This document shows, one piece after another, positions 1-13,329 of a stretch of 64,000 bases of DNA. The notes below the pieces were generated by a model. It had not been told where the DNA came from and ran no database searches. It saw only the letters and a list, made by a program, of their open reading frames with translations. Position 1 is the first letter of the stretch. The number at the start of each line of letters is the position of its first letter. Source of the DNA: Octopus bimaculoides (taxonomy: Eukaryota); assembly GCF_001194135.2 (NCBI RefSeq), contig NC_068986.1, positions 6,760,397 through 6,824,396 on the forward strand, in the 5' to 3' direction. Position numbers and translations under genes: made by a program.

Positions 1-1200
1 CAGAGAGATATCCATAAGGTGATTTAGTAGCAGTACAGTAAGCTGTGTTGCAATGGGAGCCAGCAACGAATCAAATCACTTCTCAAAGGGACGATTAACA
101 TGTTTTCCACTATCCGCATTCGTAAGTGAATGTGAATTATCAACAGATAATGTCTAGCAGCTGTACCGTGAAGCCTGAGATAATGTTGCTTATCGATTTG
201 TGAGGTAGAGGCGTTTGTTGAAAGTCCCTCTACCTATTTTTGTCAATGAGAGGTTGTACTTGATGAATGTGTTCCAACAGCGTGAGGTGAAATGGCAAGG
301 AGCAACAGTAGATGTAATAACAATTTTGTGACTTACCAACTGCAGCTGGATTAAAGGAGGAAGGGGTAGCTTTGAGAGGAGAGGTTGCAGTGAAAACGTT
401 GGAACAAGACCGTGACTGGTGTTAGTGAAAACAAAAGGGGTTTTTAAGTAAGATGCAGTCATCGCTCGCAAAAACACAAGAATAAACCAATGATGCAACC
501 CTACCCCATTGTAAGAGGATAAAAGCATGAAGGGGTAAGCAGAACTGTTGGTGTGTTAGTAAGGGATGGCACCTAGTTGCTGTTTTGTGAGTAATGGTCA
601 AATACTTACCGAGTATCCGAACAATATGGAGAAGTGTTGCCTTGAGCTGAGGCAAAAGAACAGGTGGTCCCACTTGGGCNNNNNNNNNNNNNNNNNAGAC
701 AATGCGTGGAAGTAATTCAGGATGTCTGATAGCAATTTGAAGCATGATTACAGAACGTGCGTCAGTGCGGAAAATCGGCATGGGCTATTGTGTGAAAGTC
801 GGAGGGGATGGGTTAAATTTAGGTATCAACGTGAGGGGTAAAAAGGCACGGTTACAAACGGCAGCAGGAAGCAGGGTGCGGGGGTGTTGGAGCACAAATG
901 AGGGGCGACAAACTGTAAAAATGAAGGGTTTCCGGGGCTGGGGAGAATTGGAACCTGTGTTGAGTGCAAATAGAGCAGGGCGTTTACGGCTGCAGATGAT
1001 GGTTTGATGGCTGTTTCAATCCATCTAAGAGACCTACAAAAGGATACAACCGATTGTAAGACCACGTCGGCAGGAAGTGAGTTTATGTATGAAAGTAAGG
1101 ACTTTTCAAGCAAACAGTATGAGGTCATAATAGCATGTTTACAATAACAGAGTGGCAAATGGAAAAGTCACAAAAACAATGTGAGGCTGTAGGTAGGTAC
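1..1200 (-). mobile_element. Degenerate Penelope-like retroelement remnant (RT / GIY-YIG region)
   Basis: Frameshifted minus-strand fragments (LLEKSLLS...LRWIETAI, YYIYCCSL, AARHY..HIHLRMRI) loosely resemble Penelope RT and endonuclease segments. Confidence 0.4.
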
Positions 1201-1249
1201 TGACAAAGTATGAGAATAAGAAATGGTGAGCATAACAAAGTCAAGTGTC

Positions 1250-2611
1250 CGTCATTGTGTGCGTGAGCAGGCGATATGAGTATGAGTAAAGAAATAGCTG
1301 TTATAGTGGATCCCTAGCGTAAATAAATCTGAATAATCTGGTGTCACATCAAATGCTGGACCAATAAACACATTGATTAAGTGGTACGCAGCTTCATTGT
1401 GCTTCTGTAGTTCAGGTTCAGTCTTCCGGTCATCTGCTGAGTACCGCGACGCCATGGAACTCTTTGGGTCAAACTGGAAATGCGGACCAAGTTTGGTTGA
1501 AATCGGATGACTTTTTGAAAAAAATCGATAATTATTGACCGAGTTTTTGTGAAAACTGAACATTGATCAAAGCAGTTGTTATGACTAAAACATGCCTCAG
1601 AACATACCTAATGCATATCTGAAATTTCAATCGAATCGGTCTGGTGGTTCAGCGGTTTGGCCTTGCTTCACCCAAAAGCACTTGTACATAGAAATTGTAA
1701 ACAGCACAAAAATATAACTTTTTGAAAGGCAGCTTGGTATTGATTTGATTCAAAAGGTTACCAAGGTTATTGCTTTAACAATGTCACACTGCCCCCAAAC
1801 TGTCTTTTCTCAAGTGTAAGGCCTCATGTTTCTGCAGTTTCATGGTAATTTATTAAGACTTGGGCAACACTGGTTACTACTGCTAGTGAAATGGATGAAG
1901 GAAGTAGTAAGTACTTACCAGTAGCTTGTGCAGTGCAGAGGCTGTTATTGCTTTAACTATCTCATGTTACACATAGAAATTGCTTTTGTTTATTGCAATG
2001 GAAAGCCTCAGTGCCAGATGTTTACTGTTATTGGCAGTGGCTATTTTGAGGTCACGTGGGGTCAAAATGTGTGTGCACACCATGGTGGAGATTAATTGTT
2101 TATGCATCAGAGAAGGAATGGGGTCAGTGTTCTGAGAAAAACAAATCAGGAGCTACCTCAACAAAGGCATTTTGTTCAAATGTGTGTTTGTTGAATTGTG
2201 CTCAAACATAGCGCAATTTAATGAAATAAATCATGGCATAAGACTTGTTGGTTGAAAATGCATTCATTTACCGCAGTTTGGTTTAAATCAGTTCAATGGT
2301 TCCAGCGTTATGGCCTGCCTTAAAGGCATTTTTTGAGTCAGTTTTTCCCATGCTGTGCTCAAATGAAATGAAATTTGAAAAAAATAACGAAACGAAAAAC
2401 CTTGGGTAACAATGCATAGGTATATCAAGTTTGATCAAAATCAGACGACTTTTTGAAAAAAATCGATAATTATTGATTGAGTTTTTGCGAAAACTGAACA
2501 TTGATGGAAGCAGTTGTTATGACTAAAACATGCCTCAGAACATACCAAATTAATGTCTGAAATTTCAGTTGAATCGGTTAGGTGGAACTCGAGATATAAA
2601 ACTTCGAACTT

Positions 2612-2662
<51 letters not shown>

Positions 2663-2680
2663 CTGTTTTATATATATAGA
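1250..2680 (-). mobile_element. Non-autonomous Helitron-like element, 5' end at 2680, with duplicated core and (CA)n
   Basis: Minus strand begins A|TCTATATATATAAAAC, a Helitron A/TC 5' end; about 170-bp module at ~1487-1655 repeated at ~2425-2600; left boundary approximate. Confidence 0.55.
2612..2658. repeat. (CA)n microsatellite; others at 5971 (AT), 14880 (AC), 20905-20960 compound, 33526 (CA), 42866 (GA), 60802 (AT)
   Basis: Direct reading. Confidence 0.95.
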
Positions 2681-3329
2681 TAGTCTATGCAAAGAGCAGC
2701 TATGTCAGGAGTCTGACATTCTCCACTGCCAAATACCTCTTAAAACTTGTTCACAACTTCAATTCCTTAAGGCTACTCTCTCTTTTATTTTATTGTCTGT
2801 GATTTTCTGATCTATGACACAGTTTCCACTGCCACATGCCAGTTTTACTAATTTCCTTTTCTGCTATTATTTTTGTATGGTTTCTGGAAAAACACATTTT
2901 TGTTTCCCAGTCAATTTTTTCTCTCTTCTCTTTCTCTGGAGAAAAGGCAAATCACCTGAAACGTTATCTCTTTTTCTCCAGTATAACACATTTGATTTCA
3001 TACTTGTGCTTTTTCATTTTTTTTTTTTTAATATTCTTCAATTTTTTTCACTCTTAATTTTCTTCTAAAATTCTGAAAGTCTATATTTATACTATTATGG
3101 AGAAAGCTGCTTTTTAAGTAGTTGGAATTATGCGTCTTTTACTAAAAGAATGCTATTATTTAAGCCTAGACTGTCTGAAAACCTTTTACAAATTCCAATT
3201 TTAATATTAGGGTATTTGGAAAGTAATTGCATTTTTTCACCACTATGAAATATGAATCAATCAGTCATGTCAGAGTAAAGGTTGAATGAGCAGGAAGTGT
3301 CTTTCATAGTTATTTTGGTAATTAACCTC

Positions 3330-4060
3330 ATGGAGGATAAGCACTTTATAAAACCACATAGTTGTCATTGCTTACTATATGAGTTATGAAAGAAAAGTAT
3401 TGCTACAGAAGCAGGGAGAAACATTTGTGAAGTGTATTTGGATGCCGTGAAAGTTCATACATATCAGATGTAGTTTAAAGATGGCAATTGTGACATTCCT
3501 GACAAACCTTGCTCTTGAAGACAACCCACTGTGAATGATGAGACTTGTATCAGATTTACATCAAAGTATCTGAGATTTGGTGCAAAAATTTAATGTATCA
3601 TGTTCAACTATTGACAAAACATATCAAGCAAATTGGGAAAACATGCAAGGGGGAATTTGGGTTCCACATAAGCTTATACTGAACATTATATATATTCCAC
3701 CATCTGCAGCAGTCTTTTAACCAGGAATAACAACCTGTCATTTTTTTATGGGTTTTGCATCACAACAGAAAATGAAAAAGACAATGATTATCATGTAATG
3801 AGAAGCCAGTGCCAGTAACAAAACCAGAACTCCATCCACAAAAATCCTTGCTTTATATTTGGTGGAGCATGAAGGGTATTGTCCATTATGAGCTACTAGA
3901 AGATGGAAAGAACAACAATTGCCAACAACTTGATTGTGTAAATGAAAAATTATGTCATAAGTGGCCAGAAAAGGTGTCAATGCATGGCCTCACTCTTCAA
4001 AACAAACTAAAGGAAAATAAATTCACATCCTCCATACTCACCTGGCTATCCTATACATAG
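3330..4060 (+). mobile_element. Mariner transposase pseudogene
   Basis: HCLLYE..ATEAGRNICEVY (HTH region) and KPELHPQKSLLYIWWSMKGIVHYELL, with stops and frameshifts. Confidence 0.85.
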
Positions 4061-4329
4061 TCATTTACTATGCTAGAAATAACAGGGATCACATGGGTTT
4101 CAAAAGTAATTTCTTTTCAGTATAATTGTAATTGAATCATAAAAACAACGAGGAGACAAAATCAAGATGCATGAAATATGTTTCCCACCATATTTCTTAT
4201 ACATTAAATTCCTATTTAAATAGGAACCTGAAAATTATATCTAGAAAATTTCAATAAAAAATATTCGTTTTTCTGAAAGCCATGAGGAAACAAAATTGAG
4301 ATGTGTAAATTATCTGAAATTTCTGGCTG

Positions 4330-4870
4330 CTGGGGGTGTGTACTCCATATCAAAGCCCTTCTGGCATCACTGCATCTACAATGCATTGGTCCTCTGCATT
4401 CTCCCCTATGGTGCAGAAGACCCTGGCAAAGAGGATTGAATGCTTCAATAGGGGCAGGGTGGGGACTGAGAACCATCAAAAACATCATATGGTACCACCA
4501 TATTTCCAATAAAGAACTGCATGTGCGCACACATCATCCTGCAGCCCCCCACCTCATAGTTGTCCATTGCATGTTCCAGTATGGATATGTTCTTTATCTC
4601 CTGGTAGATCATCCTACCAGGACTTTATAATTGCAGGCAGGAAGAGGCCTCATAGCAGACCCTGCCCCAGATGGCTGGATGCGATTGGGGAAGATATCCA
4701 GAGGCTCAAAGTTACCTTGGAGGATGCACAAGGCTTCTAGCAATGGAGAGCATTGGATCTGGTTGGCTCTACATATGATGACACCTCTGGAACCACTAAC
4801 TTGGAATGACCCCAGCCTCATCAAGCAAGAGCATAAAGCCAGCCAAGCCAGTCTCTCCCAAGATGTTTTC
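4330..4870 (+). mobile_element. LINE (RTE/L2-like) RT C-terminal remnant
   Basis: LRTIKNIIWYHHISNKEL..RT....FQYGYVL.L..DHPTRTL resembles the post-RT region of non-LTR elements. Confidence 0.65.
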
Positions 4871-4994
4871 ACCGCATATTCTCATATAATAGTAATCTAC
4901 ATCATCTGAAATATATTTGTACAAACTATCATAAATACATATCTATTTTTCAGAAAGTTATGAGGAAAGAAATTTTGGCGGGGCACAATTCTGT

Positions 4995-5165
4995 AGTTAT
5001 GCCCTAAATTTACTGAGCAAGTGAGCACTATTAGACAAATAAAGGATTCAAAGGAAAATTAGATGTAACATACTGAAAAATGACACACATTAGGAATTAA
5101 ATGTGTAAATATGATAAAATTAGCAACCAGCAGAAAACTACCTGGTGGGCAGTTTTTTCTGCTGG
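4995..5165 (+). mobile_element. Helitron 3' terminal fragment ending CTGG|T
   Basis: Homologous to the reverse complement of 20656-20790 (gcaagtgagcactatt; aaatgtg..aatat; terminal hairpin). Confidence 0.65.
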
Positions 5166-5290
5166 TTTTATGTAAATTAATGTATTAAAAAAAAAAATCA
5201 TATGAGATTTCACAAACTTCTTGTAAGACCAAGTTAAAACAAAAAATTATTTTAATATCATTACATGTAAGTTGTTTTCTTCTTTCATAG

Positions 5291-5361
5291 TTCCGTGCAT
5301 TAGGAGAATATGGTGTTGCCGTCCTTCACGTTTCACAAATTCAAAAGAAAGAACAACAAGG
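5291..5361 (+). CDS. Exon of unidentified plus-strand gene: FRALGEYGVAVLHVSQIQKKEQQ(G)
   Basis: Acceptor ttctttcatag, donor gtaata, phase 0 to 2; joins the exon at 7279 in frame. Confidence 0.7.
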
Positions 5362-5921
5362 GTAATATTCTTTTCAATTTATGGAAAATGTGTATCAATA
5401 GATGAAAAGATAAATGAAAAGTTGAAGAAAGAATAACTTGATTGTTGAGATTTTCTTTTGCTAGAAAGAAAATTTGCTGAGGCATAGAATGCTTATTATT
5501 TTGAACTTTAGAAACAAAAAAGAGATGTTTTTATTCTTGGGAAAATGAGGTGGTAACATTAACAAAAATTATATTGATTCTGGCACCTCTTCATGCAAAT
5601 GTTAATTATTCTTCCCTCTAACATTTTTTTTATTATGCCTTAGAAAACAAAAACTCGTTAAAAACTGGTTTTTGGATTTTTNNNNNNNNNNNNNNNNNNN
5701 NNNNNNNNNNNNNNNNNNNNNNNNNNNNNNNNNNNNNNNNNNNNNNNNNNNNNNNNNNNNNNNNNNNNNNNNNNNNNNNNNNNNNNNNNNNNNNNNNNNN
5801 NNNNNNNNNNNNNNNNNNNNNATTCACTTTCAAGATAAAGAAAGTAATTTGTATTCAGGAGTCAAAGCTGTACTTTCACAAAAGGAAAATTTCAAATACT
5901 CTTGGGTTAGTTTATTAAGGA

Positions 5922-5969
5922 CTAGCAGAGATACCCAGCATTGCTCGGGGTTAAAATGGTATAGTTTGA

Positions 5970-6001
<32 letters not shown>

Positions 6002-6330
6002 TATGTTGAAACATGTGATATGGGAAAGTGCAGCATTGATGACAAAACATTTGTGGAGTAAATGATGGGCTAATTCGACTAAGTTTGAAAGAAGACTACA
6101 ATATGAGTCAAAAGAGGAGAGATAGCATGTCTGTAGGTCAGATGGTTAAAGTATGTTGCCTGTCAGTTAGATAGTCTTACTTTAGTGGTGGTCTTGGCTG
6201 TTAAGAGTGTACAATATGGTTTTCTTGATATACATTGTAATTTGTGTGTTTATGCTGTTGAAGGCAACTAGAGTTGCATGACATCATGGAAGAATGCTTT
6301 TCAGCCACTCTTTGTTCATAGAACTAAGTA
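5922..6330 (-). mobile_element. Helitron-like non-autonomous element, 3' end (hairpin + CTAG|T)
   Basis: cccagca/tgctcggg hairpin near the terminal CTAG; about 160 bp nearly identical to 50414-50560; right boundary approximate. Confidence 0.65.
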
Positions 6331-7278
6331 TATCTAGGACTACATGATTCAGTGTATCTTCTCTTATATTTAAGACAATAGTTTGTGACTTGACAATATT
6401 TGGTTGCATTGTCTTTCAGGTTGAGCAACTTTATAAAGGCTCTTTTGCAAACTTGGGTTTATTAGTGCAACCTTATGGTGCACTTTGTGGTTTAAAAATT
6501 CAGAATTAATAAGGGCTGAAGTATTATCTTGCTTTGATGAGGAAGTCTTTGTGCTCCAGTTTTGGTTTCGTTCATGAAACAACAAGAAATTGTGGGGTCT
6601 AGGATTTCACAGGGGTTAGCTAGAAGGTGTATTGAAAGAAAGCTTCCTTAATGTATAGTGACTTGTAATAACTGTTAACTTGGTCACCATTTTTTTTTTC
6701 CATTGAAGGATATTTTCAAGATCTCTGTAATGGAGGCAGTACAAGTCTTGTGTTATATACCTGTTGCATATAGAGAATGCATGTGTGCAGAAGATTGAGG
6801 AGTGAAGAGGTTATTGGTATAAGAGTGTAAGTGATTAGAAATGCCATTAGAAAGCTTTCTTTAGTGTACAGCAGGAATATGAACAGCAGTATAGAACTCT
6901 TGGTTCCCACAATGCTCTCTGCAAAGGAACTGTCTGGCTGGAAATTTTTGATCAAGAGATTAGATAAATGAAGTCCATAAGCAAATAATTAGATATATAA
7001 AAGGGGGCCCTATACTCAGAAACCACTTCAGTTTAGGATGATTGTTCTTAGAGGTTACAGATCTGTAATATAGTTAGATGTGCATCGCACATAGGTTAAA
7101 CTTTTTTTTACCTGAAATATCTGTCTCTCTAGACTGGAAGGGTTTGAAAAGGTTATTGCTGTCTCTCCTATCTAGACTAAAATGTAAACATAAAAAATCT
7201 CCAGTGATTCATAAAACTGAGATGTAATTCTCTTTTACATAATGACTTTGTCTTATTAAATAATTTATTCTTTTTCAG

Positions 7279-7336
7279 ACATGATCTAAAATCAGGCCAC
7301 CTGCAGCATGTTGTTTCTCCAACTCCTCGTGGAACG
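7279..7336 (+). CDS. Exon of unidentified plus-strand gene: (G)HDLKSGHLQHVVSPTPRGT
   Basis: Acceptor ttctttttcag, donor gtttgt, phase 2 to 0, 58 nt. Confidence 0.72.
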
Positions 7337-10003
7337 GTTTGTATAATTCATTGTCTCATTAAAATGTTTTTTGAAATATAATTTTATGCTTATTTTCAAA
7401 TTACTCAAACATCAGTATATACAATTTTTATTTGTTTCTAATAGGTCTTTTTCTTGCGATAGTTTGTTTATGCAAGGTCAAACAAAGTTCAGGCTATTAT
7501 CATTTCACTTTTTTTTTTTCTTGTCATATTTTGGAAAGTAGGATGAAGTTTGAGGGAGATACAGTTGCGAAATAGCAGCCAACACACTGGTCCACAGACT
7601 CGTCTCTTTCTACCACTACAATGTTGTCTGCTCTCTGATCCAATGTCACCTCCACTTAGAGACATAGATTTCTGACTCACTTGTCTCTCTTTGTCATTAA
7701 TATTGTGTTCACCATCCTAGGCACTACATTAACTACTGCTTCCTTCCCTGAACATTGGTCCTCTGGAATTCCTTTCCTGTTGCTACCAACTTCTGACTGC
7801 TCACGAGGAACATTGTGTTCATCTCATTAAACCCACTAAAAAGCCAATGCAGAGAGGTCTGCCCTGTTTATCTAGTCGGTGTTTCTAATTTTGGGATGAG
7901 GAATTGGAAACTGTTTTCTTTCTACTATCTTATTAGCTTACTGAAAGTCTCAAACCTGCAGAGTGCCATTTTTTTTTTGGTGTTGTATCTATTGGTAAAA
8001 TTAAAATTGTTGGAACCCGTTACTACCTCACATCTAGCAACAGTAAATTATTCATTTACTCTTTACATGCTCAAAGGGCAGTTTTCTGTAGTCTTAACCT
8101 CTCTCTTCTACACAAACTCAAAAGTAGCCCATGTGGTAGTTTAATTTGCTAGAAATAGCAGGGATCACAATATATTCTAAGGCCTGTGGCATACCAATCA
8201 GCCATGCTAACAAATTGGCCCTTGATAGTTTCTTTTTTTTTGTATATCAGGGAAATTTAATTTTATTAAAAAAATTTTCATTTCACAAATTTCTGAAGAG
8301 TGAATTACAGCTAAATGTTATTTACACATTTGATTCTTAATTTGTGTACTTTTTCTGATATGTTACAAATTTTCGTGTGAATCCTTCATTCGTCCAATAG
8401 CATGCACTCACTCAATAAATAAATTTAGAATAGCAAGCACTAACAGACAGTGTTTGAATTTATGAAGAATTACATTGGCATTATGTTGACCTAACTTATC
8501 CACATAAAGGTCTTCAGTTTATTGTATAGGTACATATCAGAAGATTTTGTAACTTTATATGACTGAATTGGGAATGCACTAGTATGAACTGGAAAAAATC
8601 ATATTGAAAAATTACTGGGGTTTCTTTTCCATTGACATATATTTGTATATTTTAGTATTAATAATTGTATACACAGTTGAACAAAGGCAGGGGAGAGAGA
8701 GAGATAGTATCTACAAAAGAAAATGAAAATTATATGCTGAATTGAAAAAAGATATATTTTGATTAAAATGGAACAAAATTTGAATTTTTAAGAATTTTGT
8801 AGACAACGGAAACTTTTAGTAATTGCTTTCTTTTAGTTACACAATTCCAATCCAAATAATTAAAAGCAGTTTTTTTCTATTGTAGTATAAATGCCTAGTA
8901 TAAAATGACATCTAGTTTAAAGTTTACCATATTGGGATAGCATTCTTGATTTTGTTCACTTTTAGATGAAAATTTTTCAGCTTCTCATGCTCAGAGAATA
9001 TTTCTTAAGGTATCGTTTATGACATCCTTTCAACTGCTACATTGCAATTATTTGATGATATATTTCTGGCTGGCCGATTTTTCTAGTATACCTCATATTT
9101 AAATTTTGTTACAAAATATTCAGTTTCTTGCCCAAATCAGCATGTCATGGTTGAATGTAAAATAGCTAATAATTCAATGTTACATGAAGTCATAACTATA
9201 GATTTTTGTTTGTAATCATTAAATTTTGAATTTGAATTTTTCATTTTGTTAAGTATGTCCATCAGTAATGTTAAGTTATTCCCCAAGTCTACTTTAAAGC
9301 AGATTTTGAGCCTCCATACACAGAAGTACTTTCCATTGAATCTTAGAATAGAAAATTTCTTGTCATTATTTTCACCAATCATGTTGATATTAATGTAGCT
9401 ATATAAAAAAATGAAAAAAAAAAAAGAAAAAAAAATTTCATGCACTCAGAATCAAAATTCCCTGTATTGAAGCCTACATTATGATTATTTTCTTCATAGG
9501 GCAATTTTGCTCTCTTATATGACTTATTTCCAGCTCTATGTAGTCTATTATTCTTAATGGATTTGTTGCTTTTAAAATTAGCGTTTTCCTTGAATGTTTT
9601 ATGTATTGGTCTTACAAGCTGTCAAATATTACTTTTTATTGGTCCTCTTTTGTGACGTTTATTGCTTAAAATGTTTTCCCTATCTTGTATTGTTGTGTTT
9701 AAGGAAAGGCATTGTTAGTTATTTGGAGTTGTAGGAGTTCTAGGAGTTCTAAACCTGGCATTTATATATTTTAGAACAATATGATATTGATAAGTACTTG
9801 TTGCTTACTGGTATTCTGTTGTGCTCTGACAACATTAATTTCAGAATAGTAATCTTTTACACTAATCCATGAGAAATAGTTGAACATGAGGTAAACCAAT
9901 TAACAAGTAATGCCTGGACCTAGATATATAAAATGAGTTCAATTTAAATTTATGTAATATTCAATTAATTTCTAATATATTCTTTATTCTTGTTCTAATC
10001 CAG

Positions 10004-10539
10004 TCAAGACACAACCTTGGATCTCTGGGGGATGTTAGTAGACATAGTTATAGATCTGAAAAGTCCCGAGCATCTTCCCAAGATTCTATTGACAAACCAA
10101 CTGGCAGAACCGTGAGAGGCCGAAGGGATCCACATTTTCAAGCCAGAGTCCAAGATTCTGACTTTGATGACAAAAGTGACAGTTCCAGGAGTCGAGATAC
10201 CAGAGATGGACATAGTCTCCCTGGTGAAAGGTTTCAAAGTGCACCTAGAGGCGCACCTAGGGGAATGCCTAGAGGCATGCCTAGGGGTATGCCTAGGGGT
10301 ATGCCAAGGGGTATGCCAAGAGGTATGCCTAGGGGCATGCCTAGAGGAGCACCTAGAGGGGCACCAAGGGGTATGCATCCTCATGGTTCAGCTCCACCAT
10401 TTGATCATAGTTATCAACCTCAAGGAAATAGAGGTGGTCAAATGCGATTTCATTCTCAGCCTGGAAATCAATCTCATCATAGAGAAAGAATTGAATACGA
10501 CCCTCGAGGACGCCATGTTGAAACACATCAGGGTTCAAG
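10004..10539 (+). CDS. Exon of unidentified plus-strand gene; low-complexity R/S/D-rich region with (PRG[M/A])11
   Basis: Acceptor ttgttctaatccag, donor gtttgt, phase 0 to 2, 536 nt open; repeat units differ almost only at synonymous positions. Confidence 0.85.
10244..10375 (+). repeat. Coding minisatellite, 11 x 12 bp (CCW AGR GGN ATG/GCA)
   Basis: Read directly: PRGA, PRGM x7, PRGA x2, PRGM. Confidence 0.95.
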
Positions 10540-11234
10540 GTTTGTAAAATGCTTTTTAATTTTTTCATTTGAACAAATTAACAATGTAAATTAAGTTTAG
10601 ATATACTGAATTAGAATTATGTAACCCAAGATAAAGTTATTTTTAATAATAAATCAGGACTCAAATTCATTTACATTTACAAACTTTCAATGTTTTGAAG
10701 GCTACTCTGTTGAAAGTATTTCTTGTGAATATCTTAGTCTGTATTTTTATTTCATCATCATAATCATGTAACATCTGTTTCTCATACTGGCCTGGATCGG
10801 ATGGCTTGACAGGATCTGATGGGTCAGAAGACTGCATTGTGTTCCAGTGTCTGCTTTGGTATGATTTCTATGGCTGGATTCATTTCTGATGCCAACGGCT
10901 TTACAGAATGTGCTTTTTTTTTTTATGGCACCAGCACTAGTGATGTTGCCATGTAACTCACAAAATTATTTTCTCCTTCAACTGCAATAGGGAAGGAGGC
11001 AGCTTTATGCTAGGAGAAAAATGTTAAAGTATAGAAGGGGTCAGAACAGAGTTCATGTTGTAGAGGAGATATATGGCTACACATTATATAAGAGTGGGAG
11101 GAATTGGTGGGGGACTGGAAAGAAGAAATTGTTGGTTATGAGGTGTTATGGTGGATGTTCAAAGTATGATGATGATGAATAGAAGTGTGTGTGGGTAGAA
11201 GAGGGTGTATGGGTAGGTAGATTGGTGGGAGGGG

Positions 11235-11395
11235 ACGAGTTGATTACATTGACCCAAGTGTTTCACTGGTACTTAGTTTAACAACTCTGAAAGGATGAAA
11301 GCAAAGTTGACCCCAGCAGAATCTGAACTCAGAATGTGAAGACAGACAAAATGCTTAGCTGCATTTTGTCCAGCATGCTAACGACCCTGCCAGCT
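11235..11395 (-). mobile_element. tRNA-derived SINE
   Basis: Reverse-complement homolog of the SINE at 33118-33340. Confidence 0.65.
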
Positions 11396-12719
11396 GATGA
11401 TGATAATACAGTAGTGATGAGAATAAAGGAGATGATGTCTGGGTGGGTGCGAGTGCAGAGTCAGACATAATGAGAGATATGTGGTGATAGGTTTTTGTTT
11501 CTTCTCCAAGGCCCCTAAGTAAATAGTCTTGTATAAATATATCTGGTTTTTGTTAAAAAATATTTGAAGATTAAAATTTCTTAGAAGGAAGGTCATCTTC
11601 ATTTAACATCTTTTTTTCCATGCTGGCATGTTGGGCCAATATGTCAAAATCGTAAAATAAAATATAATTTGTAAAACAAAGTATTAGAATTTTAAAATGG
11701 TTTTTGTTGATCCACACATAGATTCAAGAGATTGCGTAAATCCATGATTAATAATTGACAAACATTTGACGTGTATGTTTTATCCATTCTGCATTAAATA
11801 AAATATATTGTGATCTGAAAAGCAAATGTCTTGATTACAACCTGCCTACTGTACATTCAACCTTTAACCTTCTAATTATTCTGTCAAATGTAATGCTTAT
11901 TTATTCAGATAGCTTTGAGATCTTGATGGTGTGACTATTTTGAAAATGATGTTGGATAGGTGTGAGAGGCTGGTTCTGGCCAATTTGGACATAAAATGGG
12001 TAGGATGTGGAAAGTGTAAATGTTAAAGGTGATTAAATCTAATGAACTTCTTTCTAGGGAGTTTTAAAGCCAAAACTATTTTAGAGTCTAATTAATGATA
12101 ACTAACTTTCAATAATTCTACTTTTTATTTATAGTCTTCATCTCATGCAAGACTGAATCTTTCCCCATCTTAAGTGATAACAAGCTAAAGATAGACAATA
12201 AATATTTGTATTAATACAGCAGTCCTCTTTCTTAAGGATATCCTCCATACCAAATTATTTAGGAGTGCAAAGAAAAGACAGTACAGACCAATGTTGAGGG
12301 AAGGGAACTTGGATCTTAGTATATCTAATCTAAAGAGACCCACACTGTCACAAATGCCAGCACTGTCTTATGATCCCATCAGACCATGAAACAATTTGTC
12401 TGGTCCACTTGTTTTGATCCTTTACTAAAGAGAAAGGTTTTTCATACATGCCTGATAAAGTCAAGGTTCACTTGTTTAATATTGACATTTCCTGGCAAAC
12501 TCAATTAGCTTATCCAGTAGGGGTCTCACTAGTAAGGGATAAAAGTCTATATCAAATTGTGTATATCTAGCTTTATACCTGTCATTTATATTCTTAAACA
12601 AGTTTATAACAGTGTTGCTATTGACTCAGTACCATAGTTTAGTAGTTTCCATAATTCTATTAAGAGAGAAGACTATGCTGATATAGTAATGAAATGGGTA
12701 TGAATGAGGACAGCCACTA

Positions 12720-13285
12720 AAAGAAAGTTAAAGGCTGAATGTACAGTAGTCAGGTTGTAATCAAGACACTTGATTTTCAGATCACAAAATATTTAATGTG
12801 GAGGGAAGCTGTGAAAGGGGTAGACCCAGGAAGACATGGCATGAAGTGGTGAGAAAAGGTCTTTAGATGCTGGGCCTCACGGAAGAGATGACAAGGGACC
12901 AGGACTGATGGCAATTTGTTGTAATTGGAAAGACACATCAAGCTAATTAAAATTGAGGCCATCCATACATACAGGCATGTCCCTTTTTAGCCATGGCTTC
13001 CACTCCCTCTCCCAGCTGAAAGTTCGTCTTGCAGGTACCAGTGCCATGTAAAATGCACTTGTGCTGACGGCACATAAAATGTACCAGCACACTGAAGTGG
13101 TTGGCATTTCGTCCAACCCATGCTAGCATGGAAAGCGGACGTTAAACGATGATGATGATGATGATGATCTAGCAGTAAAGATGCCAAAACAGACAATTGG
13201 AGTCTGGACAGCTCTTCAGCTAACCAGCTCCTGTCAAACCATCCAATGCACGCCAGCAAAGAAAACAGATGTTAAATGATGATGA
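12720..13285. mobile_element. Cluster of RTE LINE 3' fragments with (GAT)n tails, mixed orientation
   Basis: aacccatgctagcatggaaagcggacgttaaacgatgatg tail plus end-of-ORF2 sequence. Confidence 0.8.
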
Positions 13286-13329
13286 GTAATTTTTTTTTTG
13301 GGGGGGGGGCTATTAAACTTATTTCAGTT

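Noticed and set aside
2441-2810. ORFs with CVCVCV / HTHTHT or YIYIYI runs (also 5672, 60665-60899) and poly-X ORFs
   Set aside because: They are translations of microsatellites or N gaps.
10004-10547. Overlapping ORFs 10164..10547 (+) and 10004..10384 (-)
   Set aside because: They are shadow frames of the 12-bp coding repeat; only the PRGM frame shows synonymous-only variation and splice-phase fit.
12200-12620. Possible piggyBac-like remnant (LVRPLLDKL on the minus strand)
   Set aside because: A single short motif in a heavily interrupted frame, with no TTAA/TIR found.
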